Shown piece by piece: positions 1 to 7,448 of a stretch of 57,837 nt of DNA. Position numbers and translations under genes: made by a program. The stretch's first letter is position 1, and each line of letters opens with the position of its first letter. Under the pieces are notes generated by a model that saw nothing but the letters and a program-made list of their open reading frames with translations, was not told the origin of the DNA and did no database searches. Source of the stretch: a virus (taxonomy: Duplodnaviria; Caudoviricetes); IMG/VR virus record IMGVR_UViG_3300042923_000257, positions 1 through 57,837 of that record; one strand, 5' to 3'.

Positions 1-22
1 GATCGAAGGAAGGCGCCCCCGG
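1..22. repeat. 22-bp direct repeat (copy 2 at 57751-57772); circular overlap of the assembled genome
   Basis: GATCGAAGGAAGGCGCCCCCGG is identical at 1-22 and 57751-57772. Confidence 0.9.
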
Positions 23-76
23 CGGGTCCTCGTCGCTCTTTCTAACGCATTACCCCATGTATGTGCGTGCGTGTGC

Positions 77-392
77 GAATGAATGAATAAACGCCGGCAG
101 GTGCCAGGCAATAACATCCGAGCATTCGGGCATAGCCCATTAGGAATGTGTGCATTCATTCATTAGAATGCGAATGCATGAGGGAATGAGGCTAGGTCGA
201 CTTGAGGTCGACCCCCTGTCGATGCCCTGTCGACTAGGTGTCCCTGTCGGGCCCGGTAGTCCGTGCCGGCCCCCTGTACGGCCGACTCCTGTGTACGTGG
301 CTCCCCTGTACCCCTTGACAGAGATACGGTGTGTGGGGTATACGCGTGCGCGCACGTTCCTATATACACAGCAGGGGCTAGGGCCCTGTACC
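77..392. repeat. Short-motif arrays (GAAT/ATTC tandem units; CCCTGT(C/A) iterations)
   Basis: gaatgaatgaat at ~77-88, cattcattcatt at ~153-165, and about six CCCTGTCG/CCCTGTAC copies between ~212 and 392; no credible ORF. Confidence 0.6.
315..344 (+). promoter_or_regulatory. Candidate housekeeping-sigma promoter
   Basis: TTGACA-18 nt-TATACG upstream of the early module; -10 imperfect. Confidence 0.4.
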
Positions 393-466
393 GGCCTAGG
401 GGCCGGCCCCCGTCGACGCCGGCACCACAGTGCCCCTGAACGAATGAAAGAAAGATGCGCTCCCAG

Positions 467-479
467 GTTGAATCGAGAC
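467..479 (+). promoter_or_regulatory. Repressor operator/stoperator site
   Basis: GTTGAATCGAGAC, genome-wide repeated motif. Confidence 0.8.
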
Positions 480-553
480 TGCCAACCGTGCTCTAATAGG
501 GGTGTGCCCGGAGGAACGGCACCCGACAGGGGGCCTAGTACGAAGGCAGCACT

Positions 554-580
554 CGTTCCACAGTCAACTGAACAGCGTGC
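554..580 (+). promoter_or_regulatory. rrn-leader/boxA-like element
   Basis: CGTTCCACAGTCAACTGAACAGCGTGC resembles the Streptomyces rrn leader CGTTCCTTGAGAACTCAACAGCGTGC (recalled, not searched). Confidence 0.5.
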
Positions 581-587
581 TAAGCAA

Positions 588-911
588 AGCAAGATCCTAT
601 AGGCGAGTAAGAGCCGGCTAGTAGGAAGAATGACGCGCCGTATACCGCGATAGTCCCTAGGGAGCTACGGGAGCTTTGATCTAGGGGTTTCAAAATGGGG
701 CAACCTGGCAGACACAGTCTGTCGCATGTCGAGAAGGTGTCGACATGGCGAACACCCGCCATCGCCTAACAGATCTTGCTCATACCCTAAGCGTCAGAAC
801 ATTCCCCGCGGCCCCTAAGGGGGCCGACATGAGAGGGTAGGGCCTACTAGCCGGCCCTAGTCCACAATGAAGGCTAGATGCACCACACAAGAGGGATGAC
901 GGCCCTAGGGT
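588..911 (+). ncRNA. Putative large structured leader RNA with two multi-stem domains
   Basis: Closing helices AGCAAGATC..TAGGCGA (588-606)/TCGCCTA..GATCTTGCT (762-780) and ACCCTAAG-CGTCA (784-796)/TGACG..CTAGGGT (897-911), each enclosing several hairpins. Confidence 0.5.
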
Positions 912-923
912 TGTAAACCTCAG

Positions 924-990
924 TAGGTATGCAGTAAGAGGGTAGCCGGTCCGCATCATGCCGGCCCGGGTGCCCACTTACCGTCGCCTA
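924..990 (+). repeat. Long hairpin element, copy 1
   Basis: TAGGTATGCAGTAAGAGGGTAGCCGG...CCGGGTGCCCACTTACCGTCGCCTA; homologous to 1131-1195. Confidence 0.7.
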
Positions 991-1004
991 CAACAGGAGG
1001 AATC

Positions 1005-1133
1005 ATGGAAGACAACACGGCTGAATGGGCACAGTCTCCCCTCACTGAATGGGAGCGTGACCTTCTGGCACTGGACATGTCGGACGTCCCTGTGAGGGAC
1101 ACTACGGCAGACGAGAACATTGCAGCACAGTAG
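1005..1133 (+). CDS. 42-aa acidic micro-protein (MEDNTAEWAQSPLTEWERDLL...)
   Basis: AGGAGG RBS at 995-1000, ATG..TAG; below the ORF-track cutoff. Confidence 0.7.
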   Translation: MEDNTAEWAQSPLTEWERDLLALDMSDVPVRDTTADENIAAQ

Positions 1134-1195
1134 GTAAGCGGTATCGGGTAGCCGGCCCACCCCGAGTGGTCCGGATGCCCTCTTACTGTCGCCTA
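1131..1195 (+). repeat. Long hairpin element, copy 2
   Basis: TAGGTAAGCGGTATCGGGTAGCCGG...CCGGATGCCCTCTTACTGTCGCCTA. Confidence 0.7.
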
Positions 1196-1196
1196 G

Positions 1197-1209
1197 GTTG
1201 AATCGAGAC
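1197..1209 (+). promoter_or_regulatory. Operator/stoperator site
   Basis: GTTGAATCGAGAC. Confidence 0.8.
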
Positions 1210-1214
1210 ACACA

Positions 1215-1493
1215 ATGCCCATTTGGATCACAGCCGTAGTCATGGCACTGGTCTACATCTCCGGAGTTCAGGCACTGAGCATGCCGGCCCGGAACATCAC
1301 GGAGCATCACTCTCAGGACAGCATCACGGATGCGGCTGAATGGGACGCATTCCACGCTGAGGCTTATGAGGAGTACGCCGCAGAGTTCACCGCACTCTAC
1401 AACGGATACGAGACCCGGTGGAGTAAGAACAACCGGCTCATGATCCGTAACGGGGACAGTGGTCCGTATAAGTTCGTCAAGCGTGCAGCCTGA
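1215..1493 (+). CDS. Hypothetical phage protein (start may be ATG 1281)
   Basis: ORF in the early operon; C-terminus ETRWSKNNRLMIR..YKFVK looks protein-like. Confidence 0.65.
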   Translation: MPIWITAVVMALVYISGVQALSMPARNITEHHSQDSITDAAEWDAFHAEAYEEYAAEFTALYNGYETRWSKNNRLMIRNGDSGPYKFVKRAA

Positions 1494-1506
1494 GGAGGAG
1501 AAAGCA

Positions 1507-1668
1507 ATGAGTGACGTCTACTGTTTTGAGGACGGACAACTCGTATACGGCAGGATCATTGCTACTGGTGGCCGACGAGGTGACCTTTACACCATTCAGT
1601 GGGATGACGGAATGCAGACGGATGAATGGAGCGACACTGAGGGCTCCTACTGGTGGTGGGCCGAGTGA
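1507..1668 (+). CDS. Hypothetical protein
   Basis: GAGGAG RBS, ATG 1507, overlaps next start (GTGA). Confidence 0.7.
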   Translation: MSDVYCFEDGQLVYGRIIATGGRRGDLYTIQWDDGMQTDEWSDTEGSYWWWAE

Positions 1669-1847
1669 ACGCGGAATTCATTGCATGGTTGGTCGGGACG
1701 GACGTCAGTGACGTAGTGGCCTACCGGGACGTAGCCGACTGGCCCACACATTGGGCCGCTAAGGCACAGCACCACATGCGGGCCCTTGGTATCGGGAGTG
1801 AGCACGAAGCACTTTCGGTGTTCCGCTCCCGTTACTACTACGGCTGA
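1665..1847 (+). CDS. Hypothetical protein
   Basis: Translationally coupled GTGA overlap. Confidence 0.6.
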   Translation: MNAEFIAWLVGTDVSDVVAYRDVADWPTHWAAKAQHHMRALGIGSEHEALSVFRSRYYYG

Positions 1848-1861
1848 CGCATACCCGCATA

Positions 1862-1874
1862 GTTGAATCGAGAC
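1862..1874 (+). promoter_or_regulatory. Operator/stoperator site followed by a GC hairpin
   Basis: GTTGAATCGAGAC then GGCCCCTGGA-T-TCCAGGGGCC. Confidence 0.8.
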
Positions 1875-1910
1875 TAGGCCCCTGGATTCCAGGGGCCGGC
1901 AGGAGCAAGC

Positions 1911-2231
1911 ATGAACGTGACACAGGTATTCGCAGAATTCTGGGCACTCTACTCCGGTAAGCGGGAAGTCCTGGGGCATGCACTCATTTCCCATGATCCG
2001 TATGACCAATTTGCCTGGTGCCAAGGGTGGCGTTTCGCTATTGCGGGTTACCTCACCTTCCAAAAGGGTGAGTCCGTTCCCGACTTCCGTCCGGCCCCTA
2101 GTGGTCCGGAAGACACGTATGAGTATGAGGAACTCCTGCACATCCGGCCGGATACTGACGCACTTTGGTACGCGTTCAACGTTCTGAGCCGGTACCGCGA
2201 ATGGCTCCGCATTGCAGGAAAGGACTACTGA
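1911..2231 (+). CDS. Hypothetical phage protein
   Basis: AGGAG RBS, 106-aa ORF. Confidence 0.75.
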   Translation: MNVTQVFAEFWALYSGKREVLGHALISHDPYDQFAWCQGWRFAIAGYLTFQKGESVPDFRPAPSGPEDTYEYEELLHIRPDTDALWYAFNVLSRYREWLRIAGKDY

Positions 2232-2393
2232 GTGAACGAACGCATGCTCGGAGTGTGTGGCATGGCCGGTACGGGTTGTTCACCAAAGTGCCGGCGTACC
2301 CACAAGCCTAAGCCTAAGAGGAGCAAGAGGGCCCAGCGCTCTTACGAAAAGGGCAAGTGGCGTAAGTCCATCAGTAAGTACCTGAGCCGTTAG
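2232..2393 (+). CDS. 53-aa very basic Cys/Lys/Arg-rich peptide
   Basis: GTG..TAG fills the gap exactly; ...CSPKCRRTHKPKPKRSKRAQRSYEKGKWRK. Confidence 0.55.
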   Translation: MNERMLGVCGMAGTGCSPKCRRTHKPKPKRSKRAQRSYEKGKWRKSISKYLSR

Positions 2394-2404
2394 GAGAGTG
2401 CATC

Positions 2405-2590
2405 ATGCCCGTTTCTCTGGTCAAGGATCTGCCTAAGTGGCAGTACTTCCACAACGACGGGGAGCCGGTACCGGAGCACATTCTGATGAGTCGCCGGTAT
2501 GACAACGGCGCCCGGATTTCACAGGAATGGGGGTACTACTTGCGCAACAACGACTTGTGTGAATTGCAGGAGTACTACCGACACGGCTGA
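2405..2590 (+). CDS. Hypothetical protein
   Basis: AGGAG RBS, 61 aa. Confidence 0.7.
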   Translation: MPVSLVKDLPKWQYFHNDGEPVPEHILMSRRYDNGARISQEWGYYLRNNDLCELQEYYRHG

Positions 2591-2681
2591 TTCGGTCGGG
2601 CGAATGGAGGTGGACAGACCCTTAGGGGTCTGTCTGCCGCATTGACCCTATCGGAACTAGCAGGAAGCAAGGGGTAAGGCA

Positions 2682-3092
2682 ATGAGCGAAACGCGTGAAC
2701 ACTGGACACTGTGGGTCTGCACGAATTGCATTATGCATCACGCAAACGGTGAGTGCGGAGACTGCCACAACCCGGACGGACATGAGGGGGGCGAACCCCT
2801 GAGCAAGGTGGATTACACCCGCTCCGCGGCCGGCATGTTTTCCGAAGAACATGACGACACTTGCATGCGTAAGTGCTCGTGCACTCAGGATGACGACTGT
2901 GAAGAGCACGGTGAAACGGACCCGGTAACGGGAGACTCCCGAGACTCACAGCACCATGACGCATCCGATCATGTCTGCCCGGATGACTACGAGTGCGACT
3001 GTGAGACGAGCACATTCAGCACGAGCACTTGCGACGGGTGTGGCAGTGAGTACCACGGTGAGCGGCACGCCATGACGGAATGGAGCAAGTGA
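2682..3092 (+). CDS. Cys/His/Asp-rich putative metal-binding protein
   Basis: CTNC, CGDC, CDGC and many His in 136 aa. Confidence 0.7.
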   Translation: MSETREHWTLWVCTNCIMHHANGECGDCHNPDGHEGGEPLSKVDYTRSAAGMFSEEHDDTCMRKCSCTQDDDCEEHGETDPVTGDSRDSQHHDASDHVCPDDYECDCETSTFSTSTCDGCGSEYHGERHAMTEWSK

Positions 3093-3094
3093 CC

Positions 3095-3301
3095 ATGGCT
3101 AGTGGATATGAGGGTGAGACCCTCTCCCTTCCGCACGTCAACTACCCGCATGAGCCGGGCCGGCTGTATGACTGCCCGGGTTGTGAATCCGAGTGCCATT
3201 GCTCGGAAGTCAAGCGACTGCAAGGGGAAACGCAGTGCATCTTCTGTGCATCCCTGGAGGCTCAATTCACCGATGCTGACTTTCTCGACACCGACCACTG
3301 A
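3095..3301 (+). CDS. Cys-rich small protein
   Basis: HVNYPHEPGRLYDCPGCESECHC..CIFC. Confidence 0.7.
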   Translation: MASGYEGETLSLPHVNYPHEPGRLYDCPGCESECHCSEVKRLQGETQCIFCASLEAQFTDADFLDTDH

Positions 3302-3323
3302 GCAACAGACAGGAGCATCACTC

Positions 3324-3587
3324 ATGCGTAAGTTCATCGCGTCTCTCGTCATCCTTCTGACCATGACTGCCGGTACCGCGGAAACGGCTACGGCCAAGCC
3401 CCTGAGCTACCGCCAGAAGGTGATTGCCGGTACGGCCGGCTACGGCCCCTGCAAGGCTATGCGAAAGACTGAGGCCGGCCGCATTGCCTATTGGGACATG
3501 GTGGCGGACAACACGGATGACGGTAAGCGTCGCTCCGTTAAGGCTCAGGTCTCGTACGTACGTCAGGGTTGCCGGAACGGAGTCTGA
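3324..3587 (+). CDS. Small secreted protein
   Basis: AGGAG RBS; signal peptide MRKFIASLVILLTMTAGTAETATA. Confidence 0.7.
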   Translation: MRKFIASLVILLTMTAGTAETATAKPLSYRQKVIAGTAGYGPCKAMRKTEAGRIAYWDMVADNTDDGKRRSVKAQVSYVRQGCRNGV

Positions 3588-3590
3588 ACA

Positions 3591-3785
3591 ATGCGCACTT
3601 TCGCCGCAGTAGTCGTGTCGGTCCTGCTGTCTGTCAGTGTCTCTGTGGGTATCACGCACAGCCTCATGCAGGAGCGGGCACAGCAGGAAGTCAACCGCAC
3701 CCGGGTCGACTCGTTCAATGACGGCTTTCTTGACGGATTGTGCCGTGACGGTATCGACGGCCGAGGCACTCTGTGCGTCAAGTAA
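3591..3785 (+). CDS. Small membrane-anchored protein
   Basis: N-terminal hydrophobic helix; DSFNDGFLDG. Confidence 0.65.
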   Translation: MRTFAAVVVSVLLSVSVSVGITHSLMQERAQQEVNRTRVDSFNDGFLDGLCRDGIDGRGTLCVK

Positions 3786-3798
3786 GTTCAATCGAGAC
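3786..3798 (+). promoter_or_regulatory. Operator variant
   Basis: GTTCAATCGAGAC (one mismatch), intergenic. Confidence 0.65.
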
Positions 3799-3811
3799 TA
3801 GGAGTAAGAGC

Positions 3812-4009
3812 ATGAGCCCCCGTATCGGAGTCCACTACTCGTCTTACGTTGCCGCAGAGGGAATGAAGTGTATTCCCTTCTGTGAGGAGACCCCCACACA
3901 TTGGGCATGCTCGGAGTTCCGCGGAGACAAGCATCACGCGTGCCAGGCACGGTGTGAGACGCACCGACAGACCGACGAGCCTCACACGACGTACAACACC
4001 ATTCAGTAA
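3812..4009 (+). CDS. Cys/His-rich small protein
   Basis: AGGAG RBS, ATG 3812. Confidence 0.65.
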   Translation: MSPRIGVHYSSYVAAEGMKCIPFCEETPTHWACSEFRGDKHHACQARCETHRQTDEPHTTYNTIQ

Positions 4010-4018
4010 CGCCGGCTA

Positions 4019-4031
4019 GTTGAATCGAGAC
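4019..4031 (+). promoter_or_regulatory. Operator/stoperator site followed by a GC hairpin
   Basis: GTTGAATCGAGAC then GGGGCCCGG-ACAA-CCGGGCCCC. Confidence 0.8.
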
Positions 4032-4080
4032 TACGGGGCCCGGACAACCGGGCCCCCTTCACTCAGCGGGAGGTAAGTCA

Positions 4081-4494
4081 ATGAGCGTGGAAGAACTTAA
4101 GGCATGGTCTGCGGAGCATGAGCGCACCGACGAAACCAGGTATGCCGTAGCTACCTACAGCTATGCGTGTACTGCCTATGTGCGGACTGCACTCCGTAGG
4201 GCCCTGGAATTCCAGCCGCGGGACAACGTGTGGTTCGGAACGGAATATGTGAACACTGCCCGCGGCATGGTCGACGGGCCCGGCATCCTGCCGGACGTTT
4301 CAGTCTGGCGCCTTACCAAGCTGGAACTCATGACCATTAGCCGTGCCCTTGAATGGCGCAGAGGTAAGCGCGCGGCCGGCAAGGTGGACGTCAACGTGTC
4401 TCCCTCCATTCTCCTGGAATGGGAGTCAATTGAGAATGAGGTAAGCCGAGTGCTGCGGGACGTCTGGCACTCCGAGGGAAAGTATTGGATGTGA
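4081..4494 (+). CDS. Hypothetical protein
   Basis: GGAGGT RBS, 137 aa. Confidence 0.75.
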   Translation: MSVEELKAWSAEHERTDETRYAVATYSYACTAYVRTALRRALEFQPRDNVWFGTEYVNTARGMVDGPGILPDVSVWRLTKLELMTISRALEWRRGKRAAGKVDVNVSPSILLEWESIENEVSRVLRDVWHSEGKYWM

Positions 4495-4498
4495 TCCT

Positions 4499-4738
4499 GT
4501 GAGCCTCACTAAGCGATTCCAGGAAGACGTAGACGACTTGACGCACCGTGCCGCTAAGGCGGCATGGCTCGAAACGTCAACGGAGCGCATGGCAGCAATC
4601 CGAATCGTATTCCAGGATGCTGGCACCGCGTCACTCATCTACAACGATCCCCCTACCATCACGGTTCTGTTCGTAAAGGCAATCTCGAAAGCCTTTATGG
4701 ACGCGCGTAGGGCAACCATCTATCGAGTAGCCGGTTAG
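4499..4738 (+). CDS. Hypothetical protein
   Basis: 79-aa ORF tiling the operon. Confidence 0.6.
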   Translation: MSLTKRFQEDVDDLTHRAAKAAWLETSTERMAAIRIVFQDAGTASLIYNDPPTITVLFVKAISKAFMDARRATIYRVAG

Positions 4739-4747
4739 GAGAATGTG

Positions 4748-4912
4748 ATGTCCCTTTTCATCATCGTTCGTTGGGGATGCTGTGCAGACTACCAATCCGC
4801 ATGGACAACCGAAGAAAGGGCAAACGAGGAATGCCGCGCTCTTAACGCGGAATACTTCCGTAATTACGGTAGGGAACCCTTCGAAGTAATCGCCTCCCAC
4901 CTCAACGCCTGA
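4748..4912 (+). CDS. Hypothetical 54-aa protein
   Basis: AGGAG RBS, ATG..TGA. Confidence 0.55.
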   Translation: MSLFIIVRWGCCADYQSAWTTEERANEECRALNAEYFRNYGREPFEVIASHLNA

Positions 4913-4984
4913 ATTCTCGTGTTCCTAGACAACCCCCATAACCGGGGGTTGTTTGGGTTCATGGATATTCAGAACGGAGGAGAC

Positions 4985-5167
4985 ATGCCAAGAGTAGTTA
5001 TCGAAGCATGCGCCGCATGTCATAAGAAGGATGGCACCGTACGAAAGTCAGATGTCGAGTTGACGCTTGACGGAAAGACTTGGTTCCTGTGTGACGAACA
5101 CGAGTCATCCCTAGCAATGCAATTCGTCAGTCTGTTGGGTGATCCCTGTGAAGAGGAGGATAAGTGA
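4985..5167 (+). CDS. Small Zn-binding protein, possibly an Lsr2 oligomerisation-like domain
   Basis: GGAGG RBS; CAAC...VELTLDGKTWFLCDEH. Confidence 0.6.
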   Translation: MPRVVIEACAACHKKDGTVRKSDVELTLDGKTWFLCDEHESSLAMQFVSLLGDPCEEEDK

Positions 5168-6486
5168 GTCTCGAAGCATTCGAGGGCATGAGGTACGGGC
5201 CCCTAGGCGACGCTGTAGCACTTGCGGAGCCTCATACCGAGGCGGACCCGGTGGGTATCTATGCCGCGGCGCTTGCCCTATGGTCATGTGCAATCAATGG
5301 CCATGTCTCAATGGACAACGGCCGGCCGGTGGTTGTCTGGACCGTGCTAACGGGTGGCAGTGCCATCGGCCGTAAGGGGACTGCACTGCGGGTTGCGCAG
5401 GGTCTCCTCACTCCTGCCATAGGTTCGTTCCTAGCGGCACGGACGGAAGGTGGGGTGAGTTCCGGTCCGTCCCTTACTCAACTCCTGTATGAAAAGCAAG
5501 AGGAGACAACGGGAACGGAAGGGGGCACCGACACACGACTTATCATCGTAGATGAGGAGTGGTCGGAAAACCTCAAGCGGACGAACCGGTGTCCTACGTT
5601 CTCATCCAAGCTTCGGTCCTGTTGGGACGGAGTGACTATCCGGCACACCACTACCAAAGTGAGCATGACGGTAGACGAGCCTAGGCTTGGATTCCATGCC
5701 CACATCACTCCGGGTGAGTGGTCGGAATACGTCAAGCCTCGGGATGCAAAGGGTGGAAGTTTCAACCGGCTCTTGCCTGTGTTGGTGGAAGGCTCTAAGG
5801 TTCTTCCGTACAACCACCGGCCACACATTCCTGAGGTGCCGGAACTTTCCGAGGCTTACGATTGGGCACGCCGCAGTCCGCGGCGTATGTCCCTGAGCAA
5901 GGATGCCGGCCGTAGGTTCGATGAACTCCGCGGTATGTTCCTTGCCAAGCTAGCGGACATGCCGGAACACTTGCGTTGCTACATTGAGCGCACTCCCGAG
6001 CAAATCATTCGTGTTGCGGCTGTCCTCACGGCTACCGAACAGAAGACTACGATCACCCGTGATGCTGTGAATGCGGCCTGGTCCTTTGTCCAGTACAGCA
6101 TGCGAAGTGTCGAGAAGTTGGTTCGGGACGACACTAAGGCAGTGTCCGGTAGGACCATGCGTAGCCTTCCGGAACTCATCAGGGAGATTCTAGACCGGTA
6201 TGAGGGGGAGGCAAGTGCCTCCCTCATGCTCCGGGCCCTTGGAATGCGTGCCACAGCAGCAAGCCTTAGGGCTGCTGTCGAATCCATGGATGACATAGAG
6301 GTTGTCAAGGGGCAGACAGCATCCGGGCGCGGTAGACGACCGGAGATTTACCGGCGTATCCAGCCGGCTGAATCCGCGGAGGAGACTCCCGAACCTGAGC
6401 CGGCTCCGGAGCCTGTTGTGTCCCTTCCTGAGCCTCAGGAGCCCGTTAGGGAACCTGAGCTAGCACTGTCCGGGAGTTGGCTGTGA
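5164..6486 (+). CDS. DUF3987/YfjI-family P-loop protein (replication-associated)
   Basis: PHTEADPVG, G-S..GRKGTA P-loop, SSG, IIVDEE, WDG, HITP.E, GG.FNR motifs; C-terminal wHTH-like GRR.E.Y. Confidence 0.75.
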   Translation: MSLEAFEGMRYGPLGDAVALAEPHTEADPVGIYAAALALWSCAINGHVSMDNGRPVVVWTVLTGGSAIGRKGTALRVAQGLLTPAIGSFLAARTEGGVSSGPSLTQLLYEKQEETTGTEGGTDTRLIIVDEEWSENLKRTNRCPTFSSKLRSCWDGVTIRHTTTKVSMTVDEPRLGFHAHITPGEWSEYVKPRDAKGGSFNRLLPVLVEGSKVLPYNHRPHIPEVPELSEAYDWARRSPRRMSLSKDAGRRFDELRGMFLAKLADMPEHLRCYIERTPEQIIRVAAVLTATEQKTTITRDAVNAAWSFVQYSMRSVEKLVRDDTKAVSGRTMRSLPELIREILDRYEGEASASLMLRALGMRATAASLRAAVESMDDIEVVKGQTASGRGRRPEIYRRIQPAESAEETPEPEPAPEPVVSLPEPQEPVREPELALSGSWL

Positions 6487-6597
6487 ATCCGGGAGACATG
6501 CCGCGGAGCAAGCCCTGTAGGTACGTACAGGGCCGTTATACCGGCCTAGTCCGTAAGTGGTCGGATGGTAAGTGGAAGACAGAAACGGGGAGAGAAC

Positions 6598-6777
6598 GTG
6601 CGAAGAATACCTGATGGTGTCTGGACCATAGTCCTGTCTATGTTCGCCATTTGGTGGGCCATTCTGGCGTTCACCGTGATGTTTCCTGTGGACGATTCAT
6701 GGTGGCTTGTTAGGTGGAGCCCTGTAGCGCTCATCCCATGGGCCATAGTCGACATAGTCAGAGAGTACCGACGCTAG
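6598..6777 (+). CDS. Small two-TM membrane protein
   Basis: GGGGAG RBS; two hydrophobic segments. Confidence 0.6.
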   Translation: MRRIPDGVWTIVLSMFAIWWAILAFTVMFPVDDSWWLVRWSPVALIPWAIVDIVREYRR

Positions 6778-6790
6778 CATCAGAAACGAG

Positions 6791-6824
6791 AAAAGGCCCC
6801 CGCCAAATGGCGGGGGCCTTTTTT
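6791..6824. terminator. Bidirectional intrinsic terminator
   Basis: AAAAGGCCCCCGCC-AAAT-GGCGGGGGCCTTTTTT between converging genes. Confidence 0.85.
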
Positions 6825-6919
6825 GTGTTTGTGCCTAAGGCACTCTCTCTCACCCGGATACCGTCTCCACGGAATCCAGTACAGGGGCCGGCCTAGTAGG
6901 GCCGGCTACAGGGGGGACG

Positions 6920-7123
6920 TCACTCATCGGGGGACGTCAGATAGGCACGGAGCGTCTTTGCATTCTCGACACGCTGAGCAAGTTCACCCGCGGACAGAGC
7001 AACGGCAGACAGCGTCACAGCAGACTGCCAGGGGAGTGTGTCCAGCACGGCAACGGCTACAGGAGCAACGGCAACGACCACACCAGAGAAACGGACTACG
7101 TGGCGGAGTACCCATTCTCTCAT
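6920..7123 (-). CDS. Small membrane protein (holin-like)
   Basis: Two hydrophobic helices and a charged C-terminus; same strand as, and downstream of, the endolysin. Confidence 0.6.
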   Translation of the reverse strand: MREWVLRHVVRFSGVVVAVAPVAVAVLDTLPWQSAVTLSAVALSAGELAQRVENAKTLRAYLTSPDE

Positions 7124-7448
7124 TCATTCACCCTTCACTACGGGCCCCGACGGACCATGCCGCGGAGCACTGGAATCAACCTACGGCCGGCAGGAGTGGT
7201 CCTAGCCGGCCCACATCTGAATACAGGGACGGGATAAAGGGCACGAGAATGCCCATTAATTCATTCATGCATTCATTAGCAGGAGGAAAGCGGGAGGCCC
7301 CTGGAAAGGGCCTGAATTTGAATAGGTGGAATTGAGGGGGAGGGTTAGCGGGAATCGACGTCACGAAATTTCCGTGAACTCCTGCCAGGAAAAACGGGTT
7401 TCGTTTGGCATCCGCTTCGAGTTGAAATCCACCCATATTTGAAACGCG

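Noticed and set aside
1-22. Terminal 22-bp direct repeat as attL/attR of a prophage
   Set aside because: It lies far from the integrase, an intact attP-like site exists at 54121, serine integrases do not need long cores, and no host DNA flanks it. It is better explained as circular assembly overlap.
24-30. GGGTCCT matching lambda cosQ
   Set aside because: A 7-bp match is expected by chance in GC-rich DNA, and the terminase is not lambda-like.
140-977. ORF-track ORFs in the first kilobase
   Set aside because: They lack RBSs, give low-complexity Pro/Arg/Gly translations and overlap repeat and structured non-coding sequence.
467-4031. Repeated GTTGAATCGAGAC as a CRISPR array, with the Cas4-like gene at 32208
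   Set aside because: The repeat is only 13 bp, irregularly spaced and separated by whole genes. The nuclease is the common stand-alone phage RecB/Cas4 type and no cas operon is present.
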